From: an uncultured Spirochaetota bacterium | GTDB lineage: Bacteria; Spirochaetota; Brevinematia; Brevinematales; JAOACQ01 | Length of the DNA: 64,000 bases | Direction of reading: 5' to 3' | NCBI GenBank assembly: GCA_963835575.1 | Contig: CAWIGG010000002.1 | Coordinates: 160,001 to 224,000, forward strand | Shown: positions 20,601-30,154 of the stretch, one piece after another | Layout: each line of letters opens with the position of its first letter | Numbering within the stretch: the stretch's first letter is position 1 | The notes under the pieces: model-generated | Seen by the model: only the letters and a program-made list of their open reading frames with translations | Database searches by the model: none | What the model was told of the DNA's origin: nothing | Position numbers and translations under genes: made by a program

Positions 20601-21179
20601 ATGCAGACAAAAAGTATAGTAATGTGCGGAGTAGGCGGACAGGGGATTGTCCTTGCATCGGATGTACTGTCGGGAGCCCTTTTTAAAACAGGATATGATG
20701 TTAAAAAAAATGAAATCCATGGGATGAGCCAGAGAGAAGGAGCTGTTTCAAGCTTTATCAGGTATGGGGATAAGGTCTATTCTCCCGTTGTCTCTCCGGG
20801 TGAGGCGGACTTTCTTATCGGTTTTGAAAAGCTGGAGGCCTTGAGGAACAAATTTTATTTAATACAGGACGGTTACGCCGTGATAAACAGCTTTGAAATC
20901 CCGCCGACCCCTGTTATTATGGGAACGGCTGAATACCCGAAGGAAATCGAAAAAAACTTTTCTGATGTTACTAAAAATGTGAAGATGGTAAACGCCCTTG
21001 AGGCGGTCAGGCCGCTTGGCAATGTGAAGGCGGTCAATACTCTGATCTTAGGGGTTATTTCAAAAGAGATTCCTGAGATAAGCCTGGATTGCTGGAAGAA
21101 AGCCATAGAAAGCTTTGTCAAACCGAATTTCGTAGAATTGAATTGGAAGGCATTTGAACTTGGAAGAAATCTGGAATAA
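20601..21179 (+). CDS. iorB: Indolepyruvate oxidoreductase beta subunit
   Basis: GVGGQG, EIHGMSQREG, ADFLIGFE.LEALR, N.KAF..G. Confidence 0.95.
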   Translation: MQTKSIVMCGVGGQGIVLASDVLSGALFKTGYDVKKNEIHGMSQREGAVSSFIRYGDKVYSPVVSPGEADFLIGFEKLEALRNKFYLIQDGYAVINSFEIPPTPVIMGTAEYPKEIEKNFSDVTKNVKMVNALEAVRPLGNVKAVNTLILGVISKEIPEISLDCWKKAIESFVKPNFVELNWKAFELGRNLE

Positions 21180-21567
21180 CAAATAACAAAGCCTGAGCTT
21201 GGATTAAACCTTTCGACTGTGTTCCAGGCAGGCTCTTCCGATAGCAGTTCTGCGGCTATTAATGAAGAAGGAATAATAGATCGCAACCGCAGATTTCACA
21301 GAAAACACAAATTATAATTTTAGAAGTGTTCGTAAAATCATATTATAATTATGAATATGAAATAGACAAGGAACAATCTGAGAATATGAAATTATTGGCG
21401 TGGCAGGTCATTTCAAATAATTATTTTTGTAAAAAAAAGAAAATATAATATTTTTACTAAAATTCAATATGGATGGATTCGACTGTGCTCACCACAGGTT
21501 TCACGGAAAAATCCATAAAATCGGTGAAATCTGTGTAATGGTTCGACAAGCTTGGTTGGTGAGCCTG

Positions 21568-21666
21568 CAGACTGTGTGAAAACTATTTTTCGCCACGTAT
21601 TTATTGAAGTTACGGAACGAAAAATATAGAATTACGATGCAAAACACCGACTTTTCACACAGTCTG
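21568..21666. mobile_element. 99-bp MITE, copy 1
   Basis: 15-bp terminal IR CAGACTGTGTGAAAA/TTTTCACACAGTCTG; 3-bp direct repeat CTG on both flanks; identical to 23602-23700. Confidence 0.85.
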
Positions 21667-21758
21667 CTGCAGAACCACACCACGGCGTCTGTGGTTTCAT
21701 CTCGTAAGATTGAAATGGTGTAATAAATAAAAGTTATTATAAATGCCTGGGGGGCACC

Positions 21759-22214
21759 ATGCATACGGTCTATATCTCAATCGGTTCCAACCTCGGTAAT
21801 AGAAAACAGAATATCCGCAAAGCCCTTGAGAAATTATCCTCTTCCGGAATTATAAAAAAATGTTCCAGGCCGTACCGGACGCTGCCTTACGGGCCTGTCA
21901 AACAGCCGGATTTTATCAACATGGCGGTGCAATTCGAAACCGCTCTTCAACCGCAGGCCCTATTAATAAAACTTCAGGAAATTGAAAAAGAGCTGGGAAG
22001 AGTAAAGACCGTACGCTGGGGAGAAAGAACGATAGACCTTGACATCATTTTTTTTGATGAAGCTGTAATAGAGGAAAAAACCCTGATCATTCCCCACCCC
22101 GATATGCACCGGCGTCTGTTTGTTCTGCGGCCCCTGATGGATATCTGCCCGGATTTTATCCACCCTGTCCTGAAAAAAGATATTAGAACACTCTATCGTG
22201 TATTGAAACAATAA
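21759..22214 (+). CDS. folK: 2-amino-4-hydroxy-6-hydroxymethyldihydropteridine diphosphokinase
   Basis: IGSNLG, QPDFIN, IE..LGR...RWGERTIDLDI, IPHP. Confidence 0.96.
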   Translation: MHTVYISIGSNLGNRKQNIRKALEKLSSSGIIKKCSRPYRTLPYGPVKQPDFINMAVQFETALQPQALLIKLQEIEKELGRVKTVRWGERTIDLDIIFFDEAVIEEKTLIIPHPDMHRRLFVLRPLMDICPDFIHPVLKKDIRTLYRVLKQ

Positions 22215-22221
22215 AACCCAT

Positions 22222-23376
22222 CTATGCTTTTTTCTCCGCGGGTTTTGCCTTTTTCCGCAGGAGCCCCATCACCACCAGAGTTGTCATGACTGCCAGAAGT
22301 ATGACAAGGGCTATGATGTTATAAAATATGACGGCCAGCAGAATGGTGATAAAGGAAAGGACCAGGCTGACGACAAGGGTGACTATGGCCGCAAGACCTC
22401 TCCCTACTTGAGCGAGTAGCGGGATAAAATTTAAAAGAGAGGAAAGCGGCTGGAAGAGAGCCGTCAGTCCGAACCACATCATGAGAAATCCGACAATCCT
22501 GATGATCCAGCGGAGGAGTTTGTCGGACTGTGTCCAGGCATAAATCGCGAAGTCGCGGTCGCCTTCCCAGACATGATAGATCATCTGTTTACCCTTATAA
22601 AGGAAAGGCTGGAGTTTTTTGTCCGCCATTTTTCCGAAACCGGTAACAAGAATGTTTTTCGGTACGCCGCTGAAGCTGATCCGCATATCTCCGACCAGCG
22701 GGTCTTTAAGCGATCCTTTACCGATAAAAACATATTTTTCAGTTGTTTCAATATGGAAACCGGGTTTTTTATTCAGCGTCTTGAGAAACTCTTTTTTTAA
22801 AACAATATCACCGCTTGACGGAAGATGGATCTTCTGCGGGTCAATCGGATAGATGCCTATTTGAGCTGTTTTCACCATAAAAGAGGAGTTTTCCACGTCT
22901 TTTGAAGGATTGTTATGCCCCGCGGATTTCTTAAAGCTGGAGGAGTTTTCCGGACGGGAGTCCCATTCCTTAGAGTAGGAATATGTGGTTGTGGTTTCTT
23001 CCGTACCGCCCATCTTTTCCTTTTTTTCCGTTTTTTTATGTTCAACCCAGGCGAACATTTCCGTATGACGGTACAGGGCTATGTAATTTCCGCCTTTAAA
23101 AAACAGAGGGTCTTCAGCTTTTTCATTCGATTTCAACATACCTGTCAATGAGACCAGTTTTCCGTTAAATTTGGCCTGATTGATGGGTTTGCCGGCATCG
23201 GTGACGGCAATACTTTGTTCTTTGACTACCTTTGATAGATCGGTCCGGCCTTCATTCAGCCAGAGAACGGCAAAAGAACATAAAAACAACAAAATACCAA
23301 TGATTATTCCGCCGATGGATTCTGTTAACCGCTGGAAATAATTCTTGCTTGTGACTTCGACAACCTGATCTTCCAT
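22222..23376 (-). CDS. TMEM43 (DUF1625) family membrane protein
   Basis: LWLNEGR, L.R..EMFAW.E, Y...W, P..GD.RISF, W..R..GF..M..G, C-terminal TMs. Confidence 0.85.
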   Translation of the reverse strand: MEDQVVEVTSKNYFQRLTESIGGIIIGILLFLCSFAVLWLNEGRTDLSKVVKEQSIAVTDAGKPINQAKFNGKLVSLTGMLKSNEKAEDPLFFKGGNYIALYRHTEMFAWVEHKKTEKKEKMGGTEETTTTYSYSKEWDSRPENSSSFKKSAGHNNPSKDVENSSFMVKTAQIGIYPIDPQKIHLPSSGDIVLKKEFLKTLNKKPGFHIETTEKYVFIGKGSLKDPLVGDMRISFSGVPKNILVTGFGKMADKKLQPFLYKGKQMIYHVWEGDRDFAIYAWTQSDKLLRWIIRIVGFLMMWFGLTALFQPLSSLLNFIPLLAQVGRGLAAIVTLVVSLVLSFITILLAVIFYNIIALVILLAVMTTLVVMGLLRKKAKPAEKKA

Positions 23377-23601
23377 AACAGCCTCCTATAAATATTTATT
23401 AAGGGTGATTCCAGGAAATTCCGCTATAATAATCTTAGAATTTCCGGATACGTCTTAAATATTAATATTAAGGACAAAGATGTTCTTGATTTTCAAGAAT
23501 TTCTTTTTTTTATAAGAGTCCTTAACTTAAAGTTTTATATTACCGTGCGGTTCCAAAACTTGTGATGTGGTCCGGCAGGCCAGATCCCTGCGGTTCGGTA
23601 A

Positions 23602-23700
23602 CAGACTGTGTGAAAACTATTTTTCGCCACGTATTTATTGAAGTTACGGAACGAAAAATATAGAATTACGATGCAAAACACCGACTTTTCACACAGTCTG
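23602..23700. mobile_element. 99-bp MITE, copy 2
   Basis: Identical to copy 1; 3-bp direct repeat TAA on both flanks. Confidence 0.85.
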
Positions 23701-23931
23701 TAAGCTCGGTTCCCGAACAGCTCCGATGGATACCAGCCAAGTTTGTTGAACCAGCTCAAATTTTCAGCGCTGCCATTAAATTATAACTGGTAATAGATTA
23801 AGAATCAATACCTAAAATAAAAAAAGCTTAGAGCTGGAGCGTTCAGATCCTGATTTTTTTGTTGAGAATTCCTGATCTGAAACAAAGGTCTATTCTTTCC
23901 ATTTCATTGGTAAAAATTTCAGTACACCGTA

Positions 23932-25110
23932 TTAATTCAGCATTTTGTAAACGGATAACCGGACAAGCCCATAATTGTCTGAGAAAAAATTTCTATTGTC
24001 CCTTATAACAAAAATAAGATAATCATCTTTATCCAGATTAAACTTGATGGAATTTCCCAGGGCCAATTTTTCCGCCTCCTTCGCTGTGGAAAAGGGAGTA
24101 TCGTATCCTATTATATAATCCCATCCGGCCGGGTTGTCACTAACATTCCAGACAATGCTTTTATTCTGATAAATCAATACGTCGGTCCTATACTTCCCCG
24201 CGTTTACTGCCGCAGTATAAGCGCCTCCAGTTATGACAAACTGATAGCTGCCGGCGGTTTTTGCCGTATACCTGGTGCCGTTATTGTCAGAGCTCCGGAC
24301 TTCAATTTCATCGATCAGGTATTTATCGATTGTGATATTTGTAGACTTGCCCGGTTTTAAAAGCACATCGGCATTGAAAATATTTTTATTATTATCGATA
24401 TTCCTGACGCTGACAGTATAATCGGCATCCGCCAATATTTTCAAGCTGAGAGAAAAAGCTGTTTCGGGCAATTTTGCGACTGGCCTGTTATTGATTGTGA
24501 GTTCCAGGTTTTCACCCGCTATTTTCAAAATATTGATATTGATATGCGCCAGCTTCATTTCTTCATTGAGGATGGTTTTTGTGATTTGAGCGCTCATTTT
24601 ATCGACGGCGTCGAATAAATTGCTATCTGTAGGCGTAGTCAGGCTGTTTGTCAAGACGGTATGAGATATTTTACTCCATATTCTCAGATTGACATAGGTA
24701 GCGGGGCTTTCTTTATTCCCTTTTAATTCGTAATCGCCGAATACAATAAATTCGCATTGATATTGATCGGCAATATCAGTCAGATTTTCATTGGATATGA
24801 CTATATTTGTTAAAATTGATTTATCCGGAAGATCTATTGCCGGTATAAAGGAGAAAAAGCTGTAAAAAGAAGTGAAGATAATTGTTTTTATGAGATTATT
24901 ATTCGGGAATTCTTCTTGTCCGGTCCTATATTCAAAGGGAACAATTAGAATTTTATGGATTTTCTTTTCTTTTTCGGAAGAGACGGCAGTTTTTAAATAA
25001 TAATCTTTTTCCCCGCTGCCTTTGACAGGCAATTTTGATCCGCAGGAGAAAAGGAAGAAAACTATTGTCAACAATAGAACCGGCGCTAATATTCGATGAA
25101 CATATCTCAT
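23932..25110 (-). CDS. Lipoprotein of unknown function (TolB-N/CsgG-like N-domain, beta-rich C-domain)
   Basis: Lipobox LFSC; ILIVPFE...FIVFGDY pattern; RBS GGAGG. Confidence 0.6.
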   Translation of the reverse strand: MRYVHRILAPVLLLTIVFFLFSCGSKLPVKGSGEKDYYLKTAVSSEKEKKIHKILIVPFEYRTGQEEFPNNNLIKTIIFTSFYSFFSFIPAIDLPDKSILTNIVISNENLTDIADQYQCEFIVFGDYELKGNKESPATYVNLRIWSKISHTVLTNSLTTPTDSNLFDAVDKMSAQITKTILNEEMKLAHININILKIAGENLELTINNRPVAKLPETAFSLSLKILADADYTVSVRNIDNNKNIFNADVLLKPGKSTNITIDKYLIDEIEVRSSDNNGTRYTAKTAGSYQFVITGGAYTAAVNAGKYRTDVLIYQNKSIVWNVSDNPAGWDYIIGYDTPFSTAKEAEKLALGNSIKFNLDKDDYLIFVIRDNRNFFSDNYGLVRLSVYKMLN

Positions 25111-25449
25111 AAAACCTCCAATAGTTTTACTAAATTAAATTATAATAGGCGATAATTTAAGAATCAATCCTGAAATAGTAATAAATTTTGATGGCAAAAT
25201 ACATAAAAAGATATGTTGATGCGGATCCGGAAAATGTTTCAATAGGGTATTCAGTGCCTGCTGTAAATGATGATCAGTATCAATTTATATTAAAATATGA
25301 TGTGAAGTGAAAGCGGAATTTAATAATAACCCGAATTATTTTTTCCACTGTCATTGAAAAATACTTGGCAGAAAACCTATCAGTAATTTAAATCAATTCA
25401 AATTATTATAACCTCTCACCTGAAATTTTGAACTATTATCAGTTATGAC

Positions 25450-25530
25450 TATTGATACAATATTTTATCAATATTACTTGAAATGAATTTATAAATATGT
25501 TAATATATTAATGCAAATGAATCTCAATAG
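25450..25530 (+). promoter_or_regulatory. feoB promoter with candidate metal-regulator operators
   Basis: TTGAAA (25478), 17 bp, TAATAT (25501); IR TATTGATA-N8-TATCAATA (25450-25473); weak Fur-box-like AATGCAAATGAATCTCAAT near 25510. Confidence 0.45.
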
Positions 25531-25546
25531 CAATAAAAGAGGGATT

Positions 25547-27487
25547 ATGAACTACGATGATAAAATAAACGCCATGCTGATCGGTAATGTCAATACCGGT
25601 AAAACCACGCTGTTCAACTGGCTGACAGGTAAAAACAGGAAAGAAATTTCAGACAGGAATTTTGCAGTTAGTTATCAAATGGCGAATTTAAAAGGATCCA
25701 ACGGTATCATTTATGATATTCCCGGCATATCAGGCCTTATGATTCAGAATGAGGAAGAAAAACTTGCCATGGATATTATTATGAATAAGGATATCAATAC
25801 AATCATACAGGTCCTGGATGCTAAAAATATCAGGCGCAGCCTTGTCCTTGCGCTGCAAATGGCTGAATTTGAAATACCGTTGATCTTCAATATAAATATG
25901 GTTGATGAAGCTCAATCAAGAGGAATAAAAATCGACAGCCGCAAATTGGGAAATAAATTGGGAATAAAAGTAAATGAGACAATAGCGAATGAACGGGAGG
26001 GAATCGGTAAATTGTTTTCCATGATAAATGAGGGGAAAGTCATCAGGACTCCGGTGAGTTTTAATGACCGGATCGAAGATGCTATCCGGCGCATAGAATC
26101 ATTACTGGAACATTCCGTTTTTTCCAGGAGGGCGCTGGCAATATTACTCATATATAAGAATAATTATATTGAAGAGTATATACAAAAAAAATTCGGCGGC
26201 GGCGTAATGGAAAAATGCCTGAAAATTGTCTCCGATCTGGAAAGAACGAATCATAAGCCGCCCGGGTTGATTATGTCGGAATATTATTTTTCCTATGCGA
26301 ACCGCCTCGCGGATTTGATATCAAACAAGGTTGAAATACAAAAAACGCCCCTCCGTTCGGCAATCAGCCGGTATACAACCGGATTAATTCCCGGAATTCC
26401 AATTGCCGTCATTATCGGCATCGCTATGTTTTTTTTCGTGGGAAAATTCGGGGCCCAGGTCTTAGTTGATCTTCTGGATGGAAAATTATTTAAAGGGTTT
26501 ATTATTCCCTCTGCCGTAAATATTTTAAAGCCGTTGAATAACAGCCTGATCACTGATTTTTTCTGCGGAGAATTCGGAATTATCAGCGTCGGTCTTGCGC
26601 TCTCATTCGGCGTTGTGTTTCCCGTTCTTTTGACTTTCTATATCTTCTTCGGGTTTCTCGAGGATTCGGGATACATGCCGAGGTTTTCCATCCTCCTGGA
26701 TAAGGTTTTCAGACGGATAGGATTGAATGGGAAGGGGGTTCTGCCGATCATGATGGGTTTCAGTTGCATCACAATGGCAATCCTGACGACAAGAATGCTT
26801 GATACAAAAAAAGAAAAGATTATTATTACCATGATTTTAATACTGGGAATTCCCTGCGCACCGCTGCTTTCGGTTATGTTCGTTCTTTTCGGAAAACTGC
26901 GATGGACTGCTGTTCTTGTGGTATTCGGTGTTATCCTGTTTCAGATATTGCTGGTGGGTTTTATTCTGAACCTGGTATTACCTGGAAAGCGGGGTGATTT
27001 TATTATGGAGGTGCCGGACATACGAATGCCGCTGCTGCTGCCGATATTTAAAAAGGCTATGCTGCGCATAAAAAGCTTTTTGATCGAGGCTGTGCCTATT
27101 TTCTTGATAACTTCTGTTATTCTGTTTATCTTTGATAAACTTGGTGGGCTGAATTTATTACGTATCGTTTTCAAACCAATTGTGCAGAGTATCTTCGGGC
27201 TGCCGGGAGAAAGTGTCGAAGTATTAGTTATGACGATTATCAGAAGGGAAGCCGGGGCGGCTTTATTAAATAAATATTTCGAAAGCGGTATATACAATGG
27301 ATTACAAACCGTCGTCATGATGATCATTATGACTATATTAATTCCGTGCATCAATTCAATCATTATCATGTTTAAAGAATACGGCCTGAAAACCGTGCTG
27401 GCCGCTGTTGGTTTTGCCCTTCCTTATTCGTTTCTTATCGGTGCGGTTGTAAACTTTGTACTGACTGTTTTGAAAATTAAATTTTAG
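25547..27487 (+). CDS. feoB: Ferrous iron transporter B
   Basis: G1 GNVNTGKT, G3 DIPG, G4 NMVD, LEDSGYMPR, GFSC, IPC, FIMEVP gate motifs. Confidence 0.92.
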   Translation: MNYDDKINAMLIGNVNTGKTTLFNWLTGKNRKEISDRNFAVSYQMANLKGSNGIIYDIPGISGLMIQNEEEKLAMDIIMNKDINTIIQVLDAKNIRRSLVLALQMAEFEIPLIFNINMVDEAQSRGIKIDSRKLGNKLGIKVNETIANEREGIGKLFSMINEGKVIRTPVSFNDRIEDAIRRIESLLEHSVFSRRALAILLIYKNNYIEEYIQKKFGGGVMEKCLKIVSDLERTNHKPPGLIMSEYYFSYANRLADLISNKVEIQKTPLRSAISRYTTGLIPGIPIAVIIGIAMFFFVGKFGAQVLVDLLDGKLFKGFIIPSAVNILKPLNNSLITDFFCGEFGIISVGLALSFGVVFPVLLTFYIFFGFLEDSGYMPRFSILLDKVFRRIGLNGKGVLPIMMGFSCITMAILTTRMLDTKKEKIIITMILILGIPCAPLLSVMFVLFGKLRWTAVLVVFGVILFQILLVGFILNLVLPGKRGDFIMEVPDIRMPLLLPIFKKAMLRIKSFLIEAVPIFLITSVILFIFDKLGGLNLLRIVFKPIVQSIFGLPGESVEVLVMTIIRREAGAALLNKYFESGIYNGLQTVVMMIIMTILIPCINSIIIMFKEYGLKTVLAAVGFALPYSFLIGAVVNFVLTVLKIKF

Positions 27488-27496
27488 AGGTATCGT

Positions 27497-28192
27497 GTGG
27501 AAATTATTAAAGAAGAGATACTGGAAGCGATTATGAATGCTGAAGAAGAGGGTAGGCATGCTCTTGACGGCATTGAGGTCGGTCTTTCCAGGGAAAAAGC
27601 CGGAAGAGATGAACTTAATTCAATGGAAGAAGACGGCTTGATCCGGTTGAAAGGGGAAGATGTTTTAATGACAGAAAAGGGCAGGAATGCCGCAATCCGG
27701 GTGATCCGCCGGCATCGGCTGGCAGAATGCCTGATGGGCTATGTTTTAAATATTTCGCCTGAGACAATGGAAAAAGTGGCCTGTGAAATGGAGCACACTC
27801 TTCTGCCGGAGGTTGAAGAATCAATATGCACCCTGTTAGGGCATCCGGATAAAGCACCGGACGGGAAGCCGGTCCCGCCGGGGAAATGCTGTCTTCAGAA
27901 GAGTAGAAAGATTGAGAAGACCCTCATCAGTGTTTCCGAGCTTAAAACGGGCGACAGAGGCAAAATTGCATACATTCGTCCGCAGAGTCATTCAAGGCTT
28001 CAAAAACTGACCGCTTTCGGCCTCATTCCCGGCCAGCATATACGGCTTCTGCAGAAATCTCCGGCTTTTATTATTTCAGTCGAACAGACCGAGCTTGCAA
28101 TAGAAAAGGAGATAGCTGAAGAAATTTATGTATGGAAGATTGAGGAGGATAGAGATGAGTATTCAGCAGGAACAATTAAAGGAATACATTAA
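27497..28192 (+). CDS. DtxR/MntR-family metal-dependent regulator with C-terminal FeoA domain
   Basis: EEILE, RRHRLAE, ACEMEH, LGHP..PDGKPVP; C-terminal KL..FGLIPG..I..LQKSP. Confidence 0.9.
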   Translation: MEIIKEEILEAIMNAEEEGRHALDGIEVGLSREKAGRDELNSMEEDGLIRLKGEDVLMTEKGRNAAIRVIRRHRLAECLMGYVLNISPETMEKVACEMEHTLLPEVEESICTLLGHPDKAPDGKPVPPGKCCLQKSRKIEKTLISVSELKTGDRGKIAYIRPQSHSRLQKLTAFGLIPGQHIRLLQKSPAFIISVEQTELAIEKEIAEEIYVWKIEEDRDEYSAGTIKGIH

Positions 28193-28589
28193 AAAAAACG
28201 GCGGGAGAATAACGCCTTCGAGAATGATCATTCTGAAAGAAATTTACAGAAGGCATGACCATTTTGATGCCGAGGATATTTATTTAGAGCTGAAAAAAGC
28301 GGGTCAGAACATCTCGCGCGCTTCCATATACCGGACTATTCCTCTCCTGCTGGATTCAGGCCTGGTCCGTGAATTGAAATCAGTCGATAAGCAAAAACGT
28401 TATGAGCATATACTGGGTCACAAGCATCATGAACATATGATCTGCGAAAAATGCGGCGCGCTCATTGAGTTTGACGATGTTATGCTGGAAGAAGATATCA
28501 ATAAACTCTGTTACGCCGAGGAATTTAAACCTGTTTCTCATCAAATCATCATAACCGGTATTTGTAAGCAATGTAATAAAGACTTCTGA
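28155..28589 (+). CDS. fur: Fur family transcriptional regulator
   Basis: RIT..R..IL, HFDAE.I, SRASIYRT, HHEHMIC..CG, C..C; RBS GAGGAGG before MSIQQ. Confidence 0.9.
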   Translation: MSIQQEQLKEYIKKNGGRITPSRMIILKEIYRRHDHFDAEDIYLELKKAGQNISRASIYRTIPLLLDSGLVRELKSVDKQKRYEHILGHKHHEHMICEKCGALIEFDDVMLEEDINKLCYAEEFKPVSHQIIITGICKQCNKDF

Positions 28590-28593
28590 ACGG

Positions 28594-28863
28594 TCAAAAT
28601 TCCCTTGTCGCCAGGACTTCATTCGCTATGACAAGAACGATCGTTCCGAGAATGACGACAAGAAATGTGGCGATGGCGCGCCAGATGGCGTCTGATTTTG
28701 TAAAGTCCCAGATGGCCAGGATGGACAGGGTGACGCTGAAAATCGTGCTGATGACAATGATGAAAAAAGCGATGATCCTTAAAATAACCGGATTGATAAT
28801 ACCGCGCCTTCCGTTTAACAGTTTCCTGCCGGCCGGGTTCTGACCGGCTGTATTAGTTTCCAT
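28594..28863 (-). CDS. Small two-TM membrane protein
   Basis: Two hydrophobic helices; GGAGG RBS. Confidence 0.65.
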   Translation of the reverse strand: METNTAGQNPAGRKLLNGRRGIINPVILRIIAFFIIVISTIFSVTLSILAIWDFTKSDAIWRAIATFLVVILGTIVLVIANEVLATREF

Positions 28864-29325
28864 TTAAGCCTCCCGGTTGTTTTTATTGAAAGTTCATTAT
28901 AATGCATCCGGATCAATTTGACAATAGTTGATGGAAATGCTGATAGAAATGATAAAACAGATTGGATTATTAAAAAGTAAGGGAATTCAAGATAATACTT
29001 AAGAACTTATTGAAAAGAAAAAAAAGGCTGAAGAACTGTGGAATCTATATTTTAAAATAATCTCGATTCATGAAAGGAAAAATCATTCCCTGCAGAGGGG
29101 CCATATGCCCTGCCGTTACTGGAAGCATATTCTGGAAGTTAAGTAAATATTTTGAAATAAAAGTTGACTATTTTGTCCGGGCACACTAAATATATAAGGT
29201 CTTAAATTGAGTGATTTTTTATGCAAAAGTTTAAAATATGTACGCTGTTGAAAAATATAAAAGAACGTTCGATTAAGGTAATTGTTTTTAAAAATAATAA
29301 AAATTATTTAGAGGAGGATATAAAC

Positions 29326-29928
29326 ATGAAAAAAGGTATGCTGTATCTGCTGATCGCTTTATCTGCGGCGGCGCTGTTAATGTTTGTTTCATGCGCGTCA
29401 AAAAGCACAAAGGCCGAAACAAAGTCTTATGTGAATATTGCCGCAGACAGCGGTTTTGACACGACCAAGGAAATTATGGCGCATGAAGTTTACAATGAGG
29501 TTTCCGCTAAAGTCATTGATGAGGTGAAGGGAAAATGGCATTATATTCTGAATCTGGGCGCAAAAGCCGCTCTTACTGTTGAGGGCGGCGTCCTTCATAT
29601 TAAAATAGACGCACCTGGCACGGATTACTGGGCGATCCAGCTGCTTCAATTCCCTTTAAAGATTGAAAATGGGAAAACTTACAAGGTTTCATTTGATGCG
29701 AAAGCGGCCCAGCCGAGGCCTATAGTGACCAAAGTCGGCAGGGTCGGCGGAGACTGGAAAGCTTATTCCGGTTTAAAAACAATTGATATTGATACTGAAA
29801 TGAAGAATTATTCATACAGTTTTAAAATGAATTCAGAGACAGATGAAGCTTCAAGAATGGAAGTGAATTTCGGAAATTCGCCAGTTGAATCCTGGATTGA
29901 TAATATCAAACTTGAAATAATTGAATAA
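29326..29928 (+). CDS. Lipoprotein consisting of a single CBM4-like carbohydrate-binding module
   Basis: Lipobox FVSC; W.IQL.Q, GKTYKVSFDAKA..PR.I, Y.YSF.M, R.E.NFG, WIDNIKL; RBS GAGGAGG. Confidence 0.82.
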   Translation: MKKGMLYLLIALSAAALLMFVSCASKSTKAETKSYVNIAADSGFDTTKEIMAHEVYNEVSAKVIDEVKGKWHYILNLGAKAALTVEGGVLHIKIDAPGTDYWAIQLLQFPLKIENGKTYKVSFDAKAAQPRPIVTKVGRVGGDWKAYSGLKTIDIDTEMKNYSYSFKMNSETDEASRMEVNFGNSPVESWIDNIKLEIIE

Positions 29929-29942
29929 TATCAAATAATATT

Positions 29943-29974
29943 CTAATAAACCGGGGGGAAACCCCGGTTTATTA
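29943..29974 (+). terminator. Intrinsic terminator hairpin
   Basis: CTAATAAACCGGGG-GGAAA-CCCCGGTTTATTAG. Confidence 0.7.
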
Positions 29975-30154
29975 GAAATCAAATCTAAAAATCAGACATA
30001 TTTAAAAATGCATATTTATTGAAATATTTTCTATCTTGATACATACTTTCTATTCATAAACAAATACTCATGAGAATTAAAATGCTACAGGGGGCAAGGA
30101 TACGTCCGATTTAAAAAAAATGTTTGAGGGGTTTAAAAGTTAGGAGTTGAGGTA

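Noticed and set aside
21501..21764. Short ORFs sharing RLCEKSVFCIV (also 23535-23759)
   Set aside because: The shared peptide is just the translated MITE; no RBS or coding signal
29070..29145. Possible riboswitch upstream of the CBM4 lipoprotein
   Set aside because: A small GC hairpin is present but no c-di-GMP or other riboswitch consensus could be matched by eye
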